Below the pieces are notes generated by a model that was given only the letters and a program-made list of their open reading frames with translations, made no database searches and was not told the origin of the DNA. A DNA stretch of 62,531 bases, filler included, from Sphacelaria rigidula (taxonomy: Eukaryota): NCBI GenBank assembly GCA_964200075.2. It is 10 parts of 10 records of this genome, joined end to end, with 100 filler letters (N's around TTAATTAATTAA, not from the genome) between each part and the next. Parts side by side here need not be neighbours in the genome. Positions count along the whole stretch, not along the records: positions 1 to 6,164 come from CAXNAA020021818.1; positions 6,265 to 12,427 come from CAXNAA020021819.1; 8 more parts are not named here. One strand, given 5' to 3'. Every line of letters begins with the position of its first letter. The stretch's first letter is position 1. Both the position numbers and the translations under genes were made by a program. Positions 1-11,110 of the stretch are shown here, piece after piece.

Positions 1-110
1 AGTGGCTTCGATACCAATGATTGTGCCAGGGCCCGCTAGCCCCCTGTGCTCACTGAACTGGCATCTTCGTACCTAGGTGGTGAGTATCGTACCATGACAT
101 GGTGTCCAAC
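1..110. repeat. Dispersed repeat, second copy at about 3245-3357
   Basis: TTCGATAC.AATGATT...GCCCGCTAGCCC...CACTGAACTGGCA...TGAGTATCG.ACCATGACATG.TGTCCAA is present at both places. Confidence 0.8.
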
Positions 111-547
111 CCTTGCTTGTGTAGAGTCAACACTGGCATGCTCCGACCACAAACCTTCGGAGGGGAGGCTTTGCTGGCGTGTGGGTCGGATCAGGTGAAA
201 TGTTACTTCTTTTATACAGAGTAAATAGTGTGACTGTTCACAAATTGTAGTGTCCACAGCGTATCTTACCTGCAACATAATTCAGCATGTAGTAGACAGT
301 GCTTTTGAAGTTCACGACTTTGTGTCACTGGGATGTTTGGAGAGCATGTACAGTGTACTATGAGAGCATGTACAGTGTTCTATGATGGAATGCTGCTTCG
401 GCTCTTCGCACTCTTTTGTTCTGTCTACCTACCACACGCACGTTGAGCACAAATTTAGCGTGTGCACACCCTTTGCCACAAAATAACGCGGCTTCCCACC
501 ATGAGAACGCCGCATGATCAGAAAAGAAATGCACAAGCTTCTTGACC

Positions 548-998
548 GAGGTGTGTTGCTCACCCAACTTTCCTCGGCAAAGTTTGTCGACTACACGATT
601 TTATGTTAAGTAAAATTCGCCAAGTTCGCCAAATATATCTTTACTGCAGGGTCTCACAGGTTCCTTAGCCTGTTCATCGATAATACCGGCATACAACCAG
701 CCCCCTCCAGATGCAACGCAATTGCTCAGACGTCACATCCATACAATCGAAAAACTACGTTCGTTTCTAAAGCCACCAGGTACCTTGGACAGTTTGTCCA
801 CGAGCGTAGCATTCTAGTCGCCCTGCTGACCGATTTCTGAATTAGTAGGAAAGCCAACAGAAATGACAAAAAACATGCCCTCACACTCATGAGTTGTACA
901 TTGATGCTCATTGGGCGAGGTGTTGCTCACCCAACTTTCCCCGGCAAAGTTTGTCGACTACACGATTTGATGTTCAATAAAATTTGCCAAGTTCGCCA
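548..998. repeat. Direct repeat of about 83 bp (548-631 and 917-998)
   Basis: GAGGTG(TG)TTGCTCACCCAACTTTCC.CGGCAAAGTTTGTCGACTACACGATTT...GCCAAGTTCGCCA occurs twice. Confidence 0.85.
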
Positions 999-1451
999 TG
1001 ATTATGTCTACAGTTTCACAGGCTTCGAAAACCTAGGGGGACGGCTGCTGAAAAGGTTACAGAATTGTACAAATCTTGGCCCCAGAGAGAGTACGTTTCA
1101 CGCACACTCTTGCGCAATCGTACCCTACCCGACGACCTGACGCCATGCTACCGTCTGACACATTCCCCTTCGAGCTCTGGACTGGCCGTAAACATTACAC
1201 ACGTACCACCGCTGTCTCAATAGCAAAAAGTTCCTTCCATATCCGCCCACCCCATCCGAAACACCTCATACCCGAAGTGTTTGCGTCACACCTTGAGGGG
1301 GACCAAACTGGAACGCCACACCCACATTCCACCTGACCCCTGAATTTGTGTCGTGTTGGACTGCATTGCCTGTATCTGTCACCATGTTGGATTGTCGAGA
1401 ACTCTACGTTGTTTCAGGCACTGACGGGTGGGGAAAAGGGAAATACTTCAA

Positions 1452-1942
1452 AGGGGGGGGGGGGCGTACCTATTTGTTTCGAGCATCCAAGTAATTCCCC
1501 TAGCTGCTGTAATCTGCACTGTTCCCCAACTCCTTCACCAACTTCACTTCATCCAAGTAGTTTCTGAGCTGTTGCACTCTGTACTGTTTTCATCTTCTTC
1601 ACTATTTTTATTGCATCCAAGTATTCTTTTCTTTGCTGCCATTTGCACCGTTTCCGCATCAAAGTATTCTCTTGGCTGCGGCCAGCTGCACTGTTTCCAG
1701 TTGTTTTATCAACTTCACCCCTTGCTTTGCCATGTCTCATGCTTGTATCAGGTCATTAAAGAATACCTCGGTTAGAGAGGGTGATAACGTACATTCTGGT
1801 GCGACTCCTTGCAAAATATGATAATATTTCGATATTTCCCTGTCTAGCATCGTCGCACTTTTGCCACATTTCTTTCGTTTAATCGTCCACACCTTTCCTT
1901 TTATTACAGTTCCTCATGCGTCATGAGCCTTTTGCACCTGTA
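1452..1942 (-). mobile_element. Decayed, internally deleted LINE (RT fragment fused to C-rich 3' end)
   Basis: The minus strand gives VQKAHDA...ILQGVAPECTLSPSL..VFFNDL (RT QG..QG..LSP motif) and KTVQSATAQKLLG, homologous to 14250-14300. It ends in AACAAATAGGTACGCCCCCCCC, like the other LINE 3' ends. Confidence 0.8.
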
Positions 1943-2882
1943 TCACCCCACCGTTTCTTCGACCCCGCCATCGCACTCGAAGCACCCCGCTTCCCCACGT
2001 AGTGATGCCTTGGAGCTTCTGCCATAGGTGCTACCTCCTGGAGAGGCTACAGCAGTGCCGAGCTGAAGCACCACGTGTATGATTATGGGAATTTCTTTCG
2101 GCGAGTACGATACGAAAATGGAGACTGGAAACAGCCATCTCGCTTGAAAGTTAAGCGCCCCAAGCTGGAACGGAGGAGCCAAAGATAGACTGCAGCCATG
2201 GACGTGCACGAATGGCTGTTGTGTGATGTGGTATACGATATCATTGCGAGAGGAATACGGGTGTAAAATAAGCAAGAAGGATTGTTGGTACCGTATTCTT
2301 CAGTGTGAATTGCGAATGTGCCTGTTTTTGATTCTCTTTTTTTTTTGTCGTTCCTTGGCCTTGCCTGGTTCCCATTCTGTAACATGCAAATACATTCATG
2401 AGCCAAGGCGCATGGGCTCTATTCTTCGTAACATAAACATCAGTAGTTACAGGAAAGCACTTACAAAAAGCTGCACTCCTGTAACTATTGATAAGTTCGT
2501 GGAAAGGTTGTTTCTAACGAATCCAACCTAAGTTGGATGTGGTTAAAGCCTCGCACTATCCAGGAATTCAGTGTAACTGATCTAGGGTGTCGACGCGCGA
2601 TGAAGCTAATTAGCTACTCGTTCTCCAGTCGAACTGAGATCCCGGGAAAACGACAGCGATCGCACTTTTCTGCTGTTTCTGTCGATTGGAAAGGGCGCTA
2701 TAGAGTTTTTCCTTTCCTAACGGATAGGGTTTCCCCCGTCTAACGGGGTTTACCTATCTATTAGATACCGAGTTTTCCCCTGCAACATTAGTGGCAGGTT
2801 TTTCTCGTTTCCTTATTTCAGGTGTTGATGCACAGGCTTCGTTTCCCACATTTCGCTTAGCCTTAATAAAAGGCTGGGGGGA
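1943..2882 (+). mobile_element. Degraded 3' remnant of the same Ty3/Gypsy family as 3385-6164 (Tudor-like coding end, 3' UTR, PPT)
   Basis: 1950-2140 aligns with 5150-5355 (RSDALELLP / RSDALKLFP; RVRYENGDW / RVRYEDGEW). 2223-2847 aligns with 5440-6164. Confidence 0.85.
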
Positions 2883-3157
2883 TGTTCCAGATTTATCGGT
2901 TATTGTCCAGTCAAGTAGATTCCATGCGTCATACTCTTGCGTTGTCTAGCCCGACAAGTCATGGGCCATTCTGAGTCTGATTGGTTTCCACAGTGGTCCC
3001 CTACTCGGCGCACAGTCTTTCGGGAACTTATCTCAACGCGCGATTAGCAGCTACCAGCCCGTTGCCAATAATACAAGAAGCATCAACACTATCGCGGACT
3101 GCTATCTCAGAGGAGTCTTTGGTCTTCACAAAATGTAAGCCGGTCCATCATGCAACA
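2868..3157 (+). mobile_element. Polypurine tract (2868-2882) and putative 3' LTR starting TGTT at 2883
   Basis: AAAAGGCTGGGGGGA is followed directly by TGTTCCAG at the end of the 3' UTR. A possible AACA end at 3157 is tentative because there is no second LTR copy to compare. Confidence 0.55.
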
Positions 3158-3384
3158 CATGTTGCCCTGCCTCCTGCTCGGACCACGGCATGCCACCTGA
3201 CCACTGGTGCGGTGGCTGACTCTACACTTGGTAAAGTCGAGCTCAAATGGATTCGATACTAATGATTATGTTTTGAGCCCGCTAGCCCAGGTGCCCACTG
3301 AACTGGCACCATTCCCAGCTAGGCGCTGAGTATCGAACCATGACATGATGTCCAATCCGAGAATCGAACTCGGGCTTCCACAGT

Positions 3385-6164
3385 AGACACTCTACGGTGA
3401 AAAATGCAGTAGACACGTCGGCATTCAAGAGTGCGATACAGATGTTGACAAACGTATCCGCGCTGAAACGCGCACAGGAGGAGGACCCGTTCCTGGCGCA
3501 GGTTAGATCGATACTAAGGGGAGAGAAGGAACACTGTACGAATGACAAGGATGGCAAGAGTACGGTGAGTGCAGACGAGGTGCAAGGGGGAAAGGAGGCA
3601 CCCAATACGAGTGATGCAGACTGCGAGATTGTGGCGAGTGCCGACGAGGTACCAGGGGAAGAGGAGGTGCCCAGTACGGAAAATGATGTCACGATTACGG
3701 TAAGTGACGACGTTGCACACCAATACAGTCTGTACGATCAAGGTGTGGCGTGGTTAACGAAGGACACTGAGAAACCGTTGCTAGCCATCCGCTCTGTTAT
3801 GTTATCTGACATCTTGGCGTTGGTACACTCCCTACATGGTCGTGTTGGAGTAGGAGACACGCTGTCTTTGATGCGAGAGCGCTCTTTCTGGCCATCAATT
3901 GTAAAGGATACCAGACTGTACGTGTTATCTTGAAGCTGTAGAAGGAGGAAAAGGTCCAACAGCTGCAAGATTGCAATGACACCGGGACGAGCCGTAGAAC
4001 CATGGGAACAGTTGGAGATGGACCTGCTGAGCATAGACACCGCATCGCTTACGAACAACAAGTACATTCTTTTGATCGTAGACCGAGCGTCCAAGTTTCC
4101 GTTCGGCTTCCCACTCCAAACGAAGCAGGCTGAAAGGGTAGCTCGCATCCTTACCGAACTCTGCTTGACATTCGGCGTCCCCCGCAAAATCCGCAGTGAT
4201 AGAGAAAAGGAAGTAGAGCTGAGGTGATGACACACCTGTGCAGGTGGCTGAAAGCAGACATTGCTTTTGGGTCCTCTGATCACCCCAGAGGCCAAGGAGC
4301 AGTCGAGAGGCCGGGGGGGTGGCTACTAGACATGCTGGCAGAGCTGTGTAGGTCGTGGCCCCAGAGATGGGACGAGTATGTCTCCCCAGCGCTCTGGATC
4401 AAGCGTACCTTGCCAGACGTTTCCCTACCCCCAGACATGTCCCCGGTTGAGCTTCTGTTCGGTCGTGAACCCCGCACGTCTCTAGATTCGCTCATTCCCC
4501 TGAATCAGAAGAAGGAGTCAAGCATCGGTCTGGATGCCTTCGTAGAGCAACGTAGACGAAACCTCAAGGAGGTACGTCTAGCTCTAGACTAAAGACACGC
4601 CGCGAAAGCATCGACTCGTGCGAAGATGAACGCCTCAATCTTGAGACCTTCTCCCGGAGTGGCGGCGAGAGAAGAAGATCTGGTCATGGTACGCGAATCA
4701 GATAGCACGATACACCGGGACGGTAAGGGCAGAAAACTGCAGCACGAAAGGTACACGGGGCCCTGGAGAGTGAAGGAAGTGCTGATGATCGGCCTCAGTG
4801 TAGAGGTAGTCATGCAGGGGCGCAAACGTCGTACACGTAGAGTAGCAGTCTCTGACGTGAAACCCTTCCATGTTCGCCCACCGCATCTCAGGCACTCGAT
4901 AGCCGGCGAGTTCGCTCAATACGTATCGGGTTCAGAGTGCAAGTCCAACACCGCTCCTCCCCAAACTCACGAGTTCGTCACTTTAGTGGACCGCCGAGAG
5001 ATCTACTCCATATCCGGCACGAAATAATGGGAATATGCGGCCAGATCGTTGGAGGGGAAGGTGTCAGACTGGTTGCCAGAGAGCCAGCTCCGAAACAGCT
5101 TTTCTCGTGTGGAACTAGACGCTTTCCACGCACTTTGGCACCTGTACAACCCCGCAGTTGCACCCAATCCGCCCCCGCACTCCAGGAAGCGCCCCGCTCC
5201 CCTGTCGCGCAGTGACGCCTTGAAGCTTTTCCCAATAGGTGTTACTTTCTGGAAAGACTTTGGAGGTCTTAAGGTCAAGGGTCAGGCGTATGACTGCGGG
5301 AGTCGCTTTTGGCGAGTACGATACGAAGACGGAGAGTGGGAGGAGCTGTCCCGCCAGGAACTAGACCGCTTAACGCGGGAAGAAGGACCCCGACTTTAGA
5401 CTGGAGTGGGAATGTCTAGGCAAAGTCGGTATATGAAATGGTACAAGATATCATTGCACAGGGAAGGGGGTTGTAAAATATGCAAGAAGAATTGTTGGTA
5501 CCGTACTCTTCAGTTGTGAATTGCGAGTGTGCCTGTTTTTGTTTCTCTTTTTTTTGTCGTTCTTTGGCCTTGTCTGGTTCCCATTTTGTAACATGCAAAT
5601 ACAATTGTAAGCCAAGGCGCATGGGCTCTATCCTCAGTTTTATCTTATTTGGTAACATACAAGTAACTGTGTAACTCTCTTTTCCGCTTTTGTAACATAT
5701 TATGAGTATGTGAGTGAGCCAAGGCGCATGGGCTCTGTTCTTGGTAGCATAAACATCAGTAGTTACAGAAAAGCACTTCCCAAAAGCTGCACTCTTGTAA
5801 CCATTGATTAGCTCGTGGAAAGGTTGTTTTTAGCGAATCCAAGCTAAGTTGGGTGTGGTTAAAGGCCCGCACTACCCCGGAATTCAGTGTAACTGATCTG
5901 GGGTGTCGACGCGCGATGAAGCTAATTAGCTAATCGTTCTCCAGTCTAACTGAGATCCCGGGAAAACGATAGCGATCGTACTTGTCTGCGGTTTCTATCG
6001 ATTGGAAAGGGCGCTAGAGATTTTTTCCGTTTCCTAGCGGATAGGGTTTCCCCCGTCTAACGGGGTTTACCTATCTATTAGATACCGAGTTTTCCCCTGC
6101 AACATTAGTGGCAGGTTTTTCTCGTTTCCTTATTTCAGGTGTTGATGCACAGGCTTCGTTTCCC
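3385..6164 (+). mobile_element. 5'-truncated Ty3/Gypsy (chromovirus-like) LTR retrotransposon, cut by the contig end within the 3' UTR
   Basis: Integrase at the end of pol, followed by a >760-bp 3' UTR shared with 2223-2847. Confidence 0.88.
3397..5399 (+). pseudogene. Ty3/Gypsy pol 3' half: integrase (Zn-binding, DDE core, GPY/F) plus chromodomain-like and Tudor-like domains
   Basis: Motifs in order: LKRAQEEDPFL; HSLHGRVG..FWPSIVKD..YVLS*SC; PWEQLEMDL..YILLIVDRASKF..FGVPRKIRSD; HPRGQGAVER; SPVELLFGREPR; YTGPWRVKEV; LVDRRE..WEYAARSLEGKVSDWLPESQL; FPIGVTFWKDFGG..KGQAYD..FWRVRYEDGEWEEL. Stops at 3931, 4590 and 5025 and a frameshift near 4220. Confidence 0.92.
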
Positions 6165-6264
6165 NNNNNNNNNNNNNNNNNNNNNNNNNNNNNNNNNNNN
6201 NNNNNNNNTTAATTAATTAANNNNNNNNNNNNNNNNNNNNNNNNNNNNNNNNNNNNNNNNNNNN
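6165..6264. other. Artificial contig-joining spacer (N44-TTAATTAATTAA-N44); repeated at 12428, 18691, 24954, 31217, 37480, 43743, 50006 and 56269
   Basis: The same 100-nt spacer, with stops in all six frames, occurs nine times and separates segments of 6164 bp then 6163 bp (contigs sorted by length). Confidence 0.98.
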
Positions 6265-7103
6265 AATAAAAAAGAAAAAGCTCCTGTCTGTGTTGACCTT
6301 CCTCCTGTGTGACCCCGGCTGATGCGCCCACATATCCCGAAAGAGGTAGACTGGCGCCCAGAATAAATGGGACAACACACACAACACACAGTGTGCCACA
6401 CGAAACAGAGGTACTTCGCGAACCGAACGAAGGAGGCGTCCCATACAGCAATGGATATACTGTCACAATAAGAAAAGGTAGGTCAACACCGGCCACTCGT
6501 CGAGAGGTGAACAGCACACCAACACGGCACAAGTGTGTATACAATAGAAGATCATATGCCTACCAAGTACATATAGTACATATGAAACGAGTAAAAAACA
6601 TGATCGCTCAACACCCACGTCGACAGCAACCACGAACGCTAAAAACCTGCGGGATACAAAAATGCCACAACCGTTTCACACCCACAAAAACAATCGCGAC
6701 CCCAAAGCCTACAGCCCAACACTGACCACTCGTGAAGAGGAACACAGCACACCGACATGGCACAAGCAGGTGTACAGATAAGAGGAGCAAGTGGATACAC
6801 ATTACGACAAGTAAAAAATATGCGACAGCTCTTTAGGTACAATAATAATGGCTTTTATAGACACACGTGTTTTCACATCTAACCCTGCACTAATCTGTAT
6901 ACACGCCTGGAAAGCCCTGGGTATTAAAAAAATGGACGCGTGGTCACTGGCCCAAACGACGAAGGCAAGCAACAGATGAGTATGCCCCCCCTCATCCCCC
7001 GTAAAACCATGTCATCATCCAACATGATGGCGACCCCAAAGCCGCAAAAAATGTGTGAGACCAGGTGCACGCACCCCGCAACCTTGCGCCGCTCACTTGG
7101 AAA

Positions 7104-7149
7104 CTAACTCTAACCCCAACCCCAACCCCAACACTAAGCCTAACCTAAT
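7104..7149 (+). repeat. Degenerate telomere-like (CCCTAA/CCCCAA) tract
   Basis: CTAACTCTAACCCCAACCCCAACCCCAACACTAAGCCTAACCTAA. Confidence 0.6.
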
Positions 7150-7990
7150 TACACTTTCCTCCAGCCCCTCCTCGAGAGAGGAAGATGACATGTTGGAAAT
7201 ATGAACAACTCCACATGCCCTCAGACTTGGAGTGTGGTGTACAAACAGGTGACGACAATCAAAGTCAGCCACGAAGCTCACAAACAAGTAGTAGTCTCCA
7301 TCCGAGTGATGCTATTAATACTGACAACTCCAACTTTTCGAGACCCGCACCACTTCGTCTCCTCCATACTCGTACAGCAGGTTGGCCCCTACCGCACCCG
7401 GCAGACCAGGATGGCCAGGACAACCTCTCCACTTTGACATCACCCAGCGATTCCGACTGAAAAACACGGCCGCTGGTACTACGGCAGCAGAGTTGTCTCA
7501 AGTTGCCGGTCTGAAGTGCTCGTAGAAAATACCCAGAAAAATCTCACCAATAATTTCACCTAGTCACATTACCAGCTGGAAAATGGGGCTTCTACTGTCC
7601 CTAGTAATATGACCTCGAATCACAAGGAACGGCCAGTCCCTCTCACGAACTGCCCAGCGTTATTGCTACAAGTGAGATTGCATGTAGTTAATGGAGAATG
7701 ACCATGAACAGCTTGTGTTACCTCAAGTTCCCGTCAGTATCGAGGAGGAAACGTGCACCCAATGCTTCCCCCGGTTGCTCGGGAAACAACACCGGTTACC
7801 CCAAGTCCCGGCTACACAGTCTTGGGTTCGTCATGTGGGACAGGCACCCACGGGCTGGGTATCGCACGTGCCAAGGGTAGTGTGAGACTAAGATCTACTA
7901 CACCCCCCCTCCGTTGTGCTCCCGAGCTAGAGCCACTCCGAGGACCAACCCAGCCATATGGGCATCGGTTCTCGGCTCAAGAATGGATAA

Positions 7991-8150
7991 TCACACGATG
8001 TTCCCGTGCCAGTAGTTCTGGAACTTTTCCCTGTTTTCACCGTTCCATTCGGCAGCCGTGATCCACCCCGGGCCCTTCGTGCCTTCAGCCCTGAGCAACG
8101 CCTCAGCACCAGCGGTAACGGCCGTGGGGGTACCGCGAGATCTGTCGTTG
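7991..8150 (-). CDS. Terminal exon, divergent actin-like C-terminus
   Basis: Acceptor GCGCAG, phase 2, then NDRSRGTPTAVTAGAEALLRAEGTKGPGWITAAEWNGENREKFQNYWHGNIV-stop. Resembles actin [25 protein letters not shown]. Confidence 0.55.
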
Positions 8151-8702
8151 CTGCGCACATTCAAACACACACGAGAGAGCACCATGGCAGTAGGATCACG
8201 AGGTGCACGATTGATGAGTGTGATAGCATGAGCACATGCGAGAATAGCCAGCACGCACAAACAGGCTGGCTAGACTTCAGAGTATTGTGCTCGAGAAATG
8301 GCCACGTTGCGTAGTCGAACCAAACTGTGTGCAAGAGCTGCATCGCATGAAGAGTTCAGCGGCAAGGTTTGGCGTGTACGTAGCATGCAGTTGCGGTTCA
8401 CAACTCCTAGCCACGGAGTGCAAGCTTATGTGTACGGGGAATCAGGTGGGCTATGACCAAGTGACAAAAAATAAGAGAACGTGTTGACTTCGTGCGCAGG
8501 CGAATGCCGAAACCGTTCCAATGTACCGTAGTGAGACGTCAAGTACCACCTACATACACCCTCTTCACATTGTGCCGGCGGTTTCATCATGTTTAGTGCC
8601 CACTACACTACACTACAGGCCTGTATAAAATGTCCCCTGATAGCGGTTGGCATTTCCATATCCCGCTGCTCCGATATCTGAAGGCACGCCATTCGACGAC
8701 TC

Positions 8703-8870
8703 CGTACAAGAGCATTCCATTCACCACGTGACCGGCGGCCGTCAAATTCGGGTCCATATTTTCTTACTCCTAGGATTGTTTTACAGTGACCGTACAAGAG
8801 CACCCCATTCACCACGTGGCCGGCTGCATTCAAATTCGGGTCCACCTTTTCTTACTCGTAGGATTGTTTT
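8703..8870. repeat. Tandem duplication, 88-bp period
   Basis: CGTACAAGAGCA..CCATTCACCACGTG.CCGGC...CAAATTCGGGTCCA..TTTTCTTACTC.TAGGATTGTTTT at 8703 and 8791. Confidence 0.9.
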
Positions 8871-9025
8871 GTTGCACGCGGCGGGAGAGAAATTGCCAAT
8901 CCCAGCGCATACTTATACAAGTTCAGACCAGGTGAAAAGTATTTCCAAATACGGCAGGCATGATCGCATGTTGGCTGACATCCCACGTGCCCTAGGGAAT
9001 GTGCACGCCATTCGGTCATCAGTGT

Positions 9026-9184
9026 CTAGGTGCTCCTTGACCATCCGCCCTGCATTAGCTCCTCTCCCGGTCTCTCCGCCAAACCATGCAAACAAGCTGA
9101 GCCTCCGACTAGGGCGGTGTCGCACAGCATCTGAACCGTCGTCTCGGCGTCCAACTCTCGCGGAGACTCCATGATGATATGGCA
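9026..9184 (-). pseudogene. Actin-like exon remnant (frameshifted)
   Basis: IIMESPRELDAETTVQMLCDTALVGGSACLHGLAERPGEEL, then RMVKEHL after a frameshift. Paralogous to 10872-11110. Confidence 0.75.
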
Positions 9185-9197
9185 GTACAGTAGGCCG

Positions 9198-9397
9198 ACT
9201 GCTATCATGCAGTCTCTGCAAGAGTTGGATGCAGAGATGAGGTTCGAGAAGCTGCGCGATACCATCGTAGTCGGAGGGTCAGCTGCATTGCCTGGTTTGG
9301 CGGAGAGGCTGGAAGAGAAGCTTCCGAGGATGGTTCCGGAGCACCTTTGGACTGCTACCTACCTCCGGGTCCTCGATGATGTCGTGGTGAAGCACCG
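9198..9397 (+). pseudogene. Actin-like exon, inverted copy
   Basis: AIMQSLQELDAEMRFEKLRDTIVVGGSAALPGLAERLEEKLPRMVP..KHR matches actin [38 protein letters not shown]. It ends at a GTAACT donor in the same position and phase as the 10872 exon. Confidence 0.8.
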
Positions 9398-10497
9398 GTA
9401 ACTAATTACATTGAGTGCACATGTTTGTATCCGTTTGTATTTTTCACGCAAGTACAGTTAATGCCGTTGTAGGTCAGCTTTTCAGAAAAATAATGGGCAG
9501 ATCAACACTAAGTACTTGATGTTACTGTAGCGTGTATTGACTTCTTCGGTTTAGTGTCATGTCTCATAGCTACTTGATCTTAGTGGGTAGCGTATATCGA
9601 CTACAGTACCGGACTTCAGTGTAGTGTCAGATGGTGCTGTGATACCTTGATTTCAGACTATCGAGACACCAGAGGAAGAGACCAAGCAATCGTACGTGGT
9701 GAGGCTGAATCTCGACCTTTCAACATACCATACACGATTCAATACGAGTTTGACTTGTGGAGTCATTTTTTCATTATTATTATCATCCATGAGACGCACA
9801 AAAAGCGTTCTACATCCTCTCCAGACTAAAGCGCATGAAGGTCAACTGAAATGTCCGCGGGTAGGATAAATAAACGTTCCTGCCAGGGCCAAGTCATTGT
9901 CTCCTTACATGTTGTTCATGTGCGGTGGCATGTTGCACTAAAAGGCACAGACTAATGTGGCACCTCTTAAACGCGTCCCACAACCAACACAGTGCATACA
10001 TAGCGTCCACGTACGGACAACTCCGGAGTATTGAAAAACAAAGTCGTGTATTTTTCCATTGAAAACACGCCCTCATAAATGTTGAGTGTTAATCTAGATC
10101 TAATTTGTTTTTTTGTTTTTTTTGCTAGCCTGTGACCACGGAAGGCGTCCGCATCAGATACCCAGTACAGAGTACTGGGCAGATATCGGAACGGTTTTTG
10201 ATGTGAAGACAACAAAAACAACAACGAAACATGCCCTCACAAAAGGTTCGCAGGGGCAGGGGTTCTCCAAACTCAGTCGGGTTCTCCAAATCCAAGTAAT
10301 TAGGGCACTGAACGGAGTCAGACTTCCGAAAATGAAGTGGGTTCAACTGTTGGGTAAGTACATCCCTGGACTCAGCAAGGATATTCAAATACGTACATTG
10401 TTTTCGAGAACTTGGTACGTGCTGACCGCGCGTCAGAAAGGTCGAAGTGATGTGGTGATTGGAAAAAAGCAGTGAGGGTACTGATTTGCAGAGTTAC

Positions 10498-10657
10498 CTG
10501 CGGGCACTGCGTCGCACCCCACAGGGAAAGTCTGAGGAGGAATAAACAGCAACCAATCCGCCCGTTGTCCATGTGCTGTATATGATGCCTGCAGCTAACC
10601 CAGCTGGTTGCGGAGGCCTTCGTATTGCTCATACGGCGGTATCCTGCCCATGTCTAA
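10498..10657 (-). pseudogene. Candidate exon, actin-like C-terminal segment with in-frame stop
   Basis: AAG acceptor and GTAACT donor. Splicing to the 10872 exon gives KHS*TWAGYRRMSNTKASATSWVSC, with the W-x-G ... W-V-S spacing of actin. Confidence 0.45.
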
Positions 10658-10871
10658 CTTTTGCGGCAAGGCCACAAAAGAAGGGGGGGGCGGGGTGTGT
10701 GCACTAACCGAGAGATGCGTCACCTCACCTCTTGGCGAATGTAGGTACACATACCCATGTATACCGCACTCCATCATGTACATGACATCGAATCGCACCC
10801 ATATACGAGAGCCGAACTACACCGCAAAAATTCCAACGTGAAAATGCACACGTACCCGTGTAATTGCTCAC

Positions 10872-11110
10872 CTATGCTTCTCGGCACTCCAAACCCGAAC
10901 GTTGACAGTAGTCTGTACGCCCTCCGGTACGATCATCCTTAGCTCCGCCTTCAGTCTTTCAGCCAAACCAGGCAGAGAAGCCGACCCTCCAACTACTACC
11001 ACATCCCGCAGCATCTGGAACCTCACCTCCGCGTCCAACTCGTGGAGAGACTCCACGATAGTAGCAGGCAGACTGGTGACACTGCTACCGACCTCGCCAT
11101 ACAGATGCGG
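10872..11110 (-). CDS. Internal exon of actin-related protein (GGS...PG...RL motif)
   Basis: CAG acceptor, GTGAGC donor, open frame PHLYGEVGSSVTSLPATIVESLHELDAEVRFQMLRDVVVVGGSASLPGLAERLKAELRMIVPEGVQTTVNVRV. Confidence 0.85.

Noticed and set aside
2223..6164. 2223-2847 and 5440-6164 as a pair of LTRs around the integrase
   Set aside because: Both copies are preceded by homologous pol coding sequence and the first is followed by PPT+TG, so they are 3' UTRs of two separate copies.
6209..6220. Regularly spaced TTAATTAATTAA motif and ORFs ending X..LIN
   Set aside because: Synthetic spacer inside N runs.
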